Program-made: the position numbers and the translations under genes
In this document: positions 60,248-64,000 of the stretch, piece after piece
How positions within the stretch are numbered: position 1 is the first letter of the stretch
Layout: every line of letters starts with the position of its first letter
Notes under the pieces: generated by a model
What the model was told of the DNA's origin: nothing
Databases searched by the model: none
What the model saw: only the letters and a program-made list of their open reading frames with translations
Assembly (NCBI GenBank): GCA_032718475.1
Contig: JAUCBJ010006608.1
Coordinates: 1-64,000 of the forward strand
Source of the DNA: Nemertoderma westbladi
Taxonomy: Eukaryota; Animalia; Xenacoelomorpha
Length of the DNA stretch: 64,000 nt
Direction: 5' to 3'

Positions 60248-63200
60248 TGTAACAATATGTGTTAATATAAATCTTGGTCTATTTATCTATTATTATTACA
60301 CATTGCCACGGTGAGGGGTTTATTGTGACAGCTATTTGGTTCAATACAGTATTATATTACTTTCTAGTGCTGGATATAGGTACGATCTAGGATGAGGTTT
60401 ATTGTTTTGATTATACTCAGTTCGATTACTATTACTTGTTTATATACATTGTTGCCACAATTGACGCATGGCGTCCTGATATGGTGACTCGAGTGGGATA
60501 CCCAACCAATTCTTAGAATTTATTATTTTTTGTACATTTGATATTGGCTTACGGACTTTATTCTACACTCTTAAGATGCGTATTTTTGCTTACGGCCACA
60601 CAATGTCCAATACATTCCATACTATTCCTTTACACTTACCGGTATTGACTCATGTCCTGTAGGAATAACATCTGTGAACGTAAACAAATCTACAAACGAC
60701 CCAATCCCTATATTATCTCTAGTCAAATTAGCTGCTGAACCTTTAGCATTTTACCTGTCTGAATTTTTCAATGCATTTATATAAAATCATGAACGTGACG
60801 ATTGGAACGAACAAATTGGTGTCTGGGTACCCGTTGAGTGACCCTTGACCCTGCGGGGGGAAGGTGAGCTCTGTTCCCGGGCGACAGCAGGAGGTCCCTA
60901 AAGGGGGGAGTGGGGTTAAAACTCGACCTCCACTTCCCAGAGCCTCTGACACCATCGGTGGATCGAGTCTACCTCCTAAATTCATGAAGAGACTACCATC
61001 GACTACGATGACACGATCCATAACCACACCAAGAGGCCCCAGAAGGAGAACGAGGACGAGATTTTCAAGGGTCTGAGGGAAAACATCAACAAGATGTTCG
61101 GGAAGTCTCAAACGATGTCACCAGGAGGGATAAGTAGATATTTGAGTAAAATAAACTACCATATACATGGTAACTCAAATAAGTGAACCACATAAAATCT
61201 CAACCATGAGACAATATATTAAAGGTAAAATAGGGAAGGTGAACTCGATTTAAAGTTAACAGTAGGAGGTCAGTTGATACGCAGTCCTACCCAGGTGGAA
61301 ACGGAAGGATTAAATCCTGAAGATTCCATCAGCAAAGTGGAAGAATGTGAGAGTGAGGGGAGCATCTGTGAGTCAATAGCATCCTCAGTTGTGGCTCAAA
61401 AAAATAAATCCATAGAGGAACGTGAGAAAAGAAAGAATAAGTAAAGAAGTAAAGAAGAGTAAAGAGAATTAATGAGAAACAAAAAACGAACGTGAATGGG
61501 AAGAACGTGAATGTGAATGGGAGGAACGTGAACGTGAATGGAAGGAGCGCGAATGTGAATGGAAGGAGCGTGAACGTGAATGGGAGGAGCGAGAATGTGA
61601 ATGGGAGGAGCGTGAACGTGAATGGGAGGAACGTGAATGTGAATGGGAGGAGCGTGAACGTGAATGGGAGGAGCGTGAATGTGAATGGGAGGAACGTGAA
61701 TGTGAATGGGAGGAGCGTGAATGTGAATGGGAGGAACGTGAATGTGAATGGGAGGAGCGTGAATGTGAATGGGAGGAACGTGAATGTGAATGGGAGGAAC
61801 GTGAATGTGAATGGGAGGAACGTGAATGTGAATGGGAGGAACGTTAATGTGAATGGGAGGAGCGTGAACGTGAATGGGAGGAGCGTGAATGTGAATGGGA
61901 GGAGCGTGAACGTGAATGGGAGGAGCGTGAACGTGAATGGGAGGAGCGTGAATGTGAATGGGAGGAGCGTGAACGTGAATGGGAGGAGCGTGAATGTGAA
62001 TGGGAGGAACGTGAATGTGAATGGGAGGAACGTGAACGAGAATGGGAGGAGCGTGAACGTGAATGGAAGGAGCGTGAATGTGAATGGGAGGAACGTGAGT
62101 GTGAATGGGAGGAGCGTAAATGTGAATGGGAGGAGCGTGAATGTGAATGGGAGGAGCGTGAATGTGAATGGAAGGAACGTGAATGTGAATGGGAGGAGCG
62201 TGAATGTGAATGGGAAGAGCGTAAATGTAAATTGGAAGAGCGTGAATGTGAATGGGAAGAGCGTAAATGTGAATGGGAGGAGCGTGAATGTGAATGGGAG
62301 GAACGTGAATGTGAATGGGAGGAACGTGAATGTGAATGGGAGGAGCGTGAACGTAAATGGAAGGAGCGTGAACGTGAATGGAAGGAGCGTGAACGTGAAT
62401 GGGAGGAACGTGAATGTGAATGGGAGGAGCGTGAACGTGAATGGGAGGAGCGTGAACGTGAATGGGAGGAGCGTGAACGTGAATGGGAGGAGCGTGAATG
62501 CGAATGGGAGGAGCGTGAACGTGAATGGGAGGAGCGTGAATGCGAATGGGAGGAGCGTGAACGTAAATGGGAGGAGCGTGAATGTGAATGGGAGGAACGT
62601 GAACGTGAATGGGAGGAGCGTGAATGTGAATGGGAAGAGCGTGAACGTGAATGGGAGGAGCGTAAATGTGAATGGGAAGAGCGTGAATATGAATGGCAGG
62701 AACGTGAATGTGAATGGGAGGAGCGTGAACGTGAATGGGAGGAGCGCGAATGTGAATGGGGGGAACGTAAATGTGAATGGGAGGAACGTGAATGTGAATG
62801 GGAGGAGCGTGAACGTGAATGGGAGGAGCGTGAACGTGAATGGGAGGGACGTGAATGTGAATGGGAGGAGCGTGAATGTGAATGGGAGGAGCGTGAACGT
62901 GAATGGGAGGAGCTTGAACGTGAATGGAAGGATCGTGAACGTGAATGGGAGGAGCGTGAATGTGAATGGGAGGAGCGTGAACGTGAATGGGAGGAGCGTG
63001 AACGTGAATGGGAGGGACGTGAATGTGAATGGGAGGAGCGTGAATGTGAATGGGAGGAGCGTAAACGTGAATGGGAGGAGCGCGAATGTGAATGGGGGGA
63101 ACGTGAATGTGAATGGGAGGAACGTGAATGTAAATGGGAGGAGCGTGAATGTAAATGGGAGGAGCGTGAACGTGAATGGGAGGAGCGTGAATGTGAATGG

Positions 63201-64000
63201 GAGGAGCGTGAATGTGAATGGGAGGAGCGTGAACGTGAATGGGAGGAGCGTGAACGTGAATGGGAAGAGCGTGAATGTGAATGGGAGGAGCGTGAATGTG
63301 AATGGGATAAGCGTGAACGTGAATGGGAGGAGCGTGAACGTGAATGGGAAGAGCGTGAATGTGAATGGGAGGAGCGTGAACGTGAATGGGAGGAGCGTGA
63401 ACGTGAATGGGAGGAGCGTGAATGTGAATGGGAGGAGCGTGAACGTAAATGGAAGGAGCGTGAACGTGAATGGAAGGAGCGTGAATGTGAATGGGAGGAG
63501 CGTGAATGTGAATGGGAGGAGCGTGAACGTGAATGGGAGGAGCGTGAATGTGAATGGGAGGAGCGTGAACGTGAATGGGAGGAGCGTGAATGTAATGGGA
63601 GGAGCGTGAATGTGAATGGGAGGAGCGTGAACGTAAATGGAAGGAGCGTGAACGTGAATGGAAGGAGCGTGAATGTGAATGGGAGGAACGTGAATGTGAA
63701 TGGGAGGAGCGTGAATGTGAATGGGAGGAGCGTGAACGTGAATGGGAGGAGCGTGAATGTGAATGGGAGGAGCGTGAACGTGAATGGGAGGAGCGTGAAT
63801 GTAATGGGAGGAGCGTGAATGTGAATGGGAGGAGCGTGAACGTGAATGGGAGGAGCGTGAACGTGAATGGAAGGAGCGTGAATGTGAATGAGAGGAACGT
63901 GAATGTGAATGGGAGGAGCGTGAATGTGAATGGGAGGAGCGTGAACGTGAATGGGAGGAGCGTGAATGTGAATGGGAGGAACGTGAATGTGAATGGGAGG
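60248..64000 (+). mobile_element. 5' part of an LTR retrotransposon (LTR about 60248-60813, PBS-like TGG at about 60817, decayed Bel/Pao-like gag)
   Basis: TGT...ACA followed by AAT and TGGTG. Gag-like LNPEDSISK at about 61310. Confidence 0.5.
61485..64000 (+). repeat. 21-bp minisatellite GAA(T/C)GTGAATGGGAGGAGCGT, about 120 copies, running off the window
   Basis: Directly visible. Encodes E(C/R)EWEER in one frame. Confidence 0.99.

Noticed and set aside
61492-63818. 705-aa (NVNGRSV)n and 528-aa (EWEEREC)n ORFs as real genes
   Set aside because: They are by-products of a stop-poor 21-bp repeat, with non-ATG starts and frameshifts.

Overview
Repeat-rich eukaryotic (invertebrate-animal-like) genomic DNA. 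The centrepiece is a complete 16,958-bp Polinton/Maverick at 38092-55049. It has AGTAGT...ACTACT ends, 198-bp TIRs with 3 mismatches and a perfect 6-bp TSD (GTTAAT), and an uninterrupted paralogous copy of the target sequence lies at 28333-28338. The element encodes a protein-primed PolB, an RVE integrase, an A32-like ATPase, an adenain-like protease, two minor capsid (penton) paralogues, core/membrane-lytic-like proteins, a RING protein and a DnaQ/Maelstrom-like protein. No major capsid gene is visible, and several genes carry stops or frameshifts. Unusual features of the element: (i) a TBP-like two-repeat domain fused in frame to the PolB C-terminus; (ii) a 78-nt near-perfect hairpin built from a copy of the element's own polB sequence, so one arm is antisense to polB mRNA; (iii) clusters of pre-miRNA-like hairpins in its non-coding gaps; (iv) a candidate multi-PC4 ssDNA-binding protein. 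Host DNA contains a duplicated signal-peptide exon, a fibrinogen-domain exon, an 11-kb 100-bp satellite that looks like a tandemly amplified exon with its splice sites, and Bel/Pao LTR and LINE debris. All family assignments are by-eye motif recognition; no searches were run.
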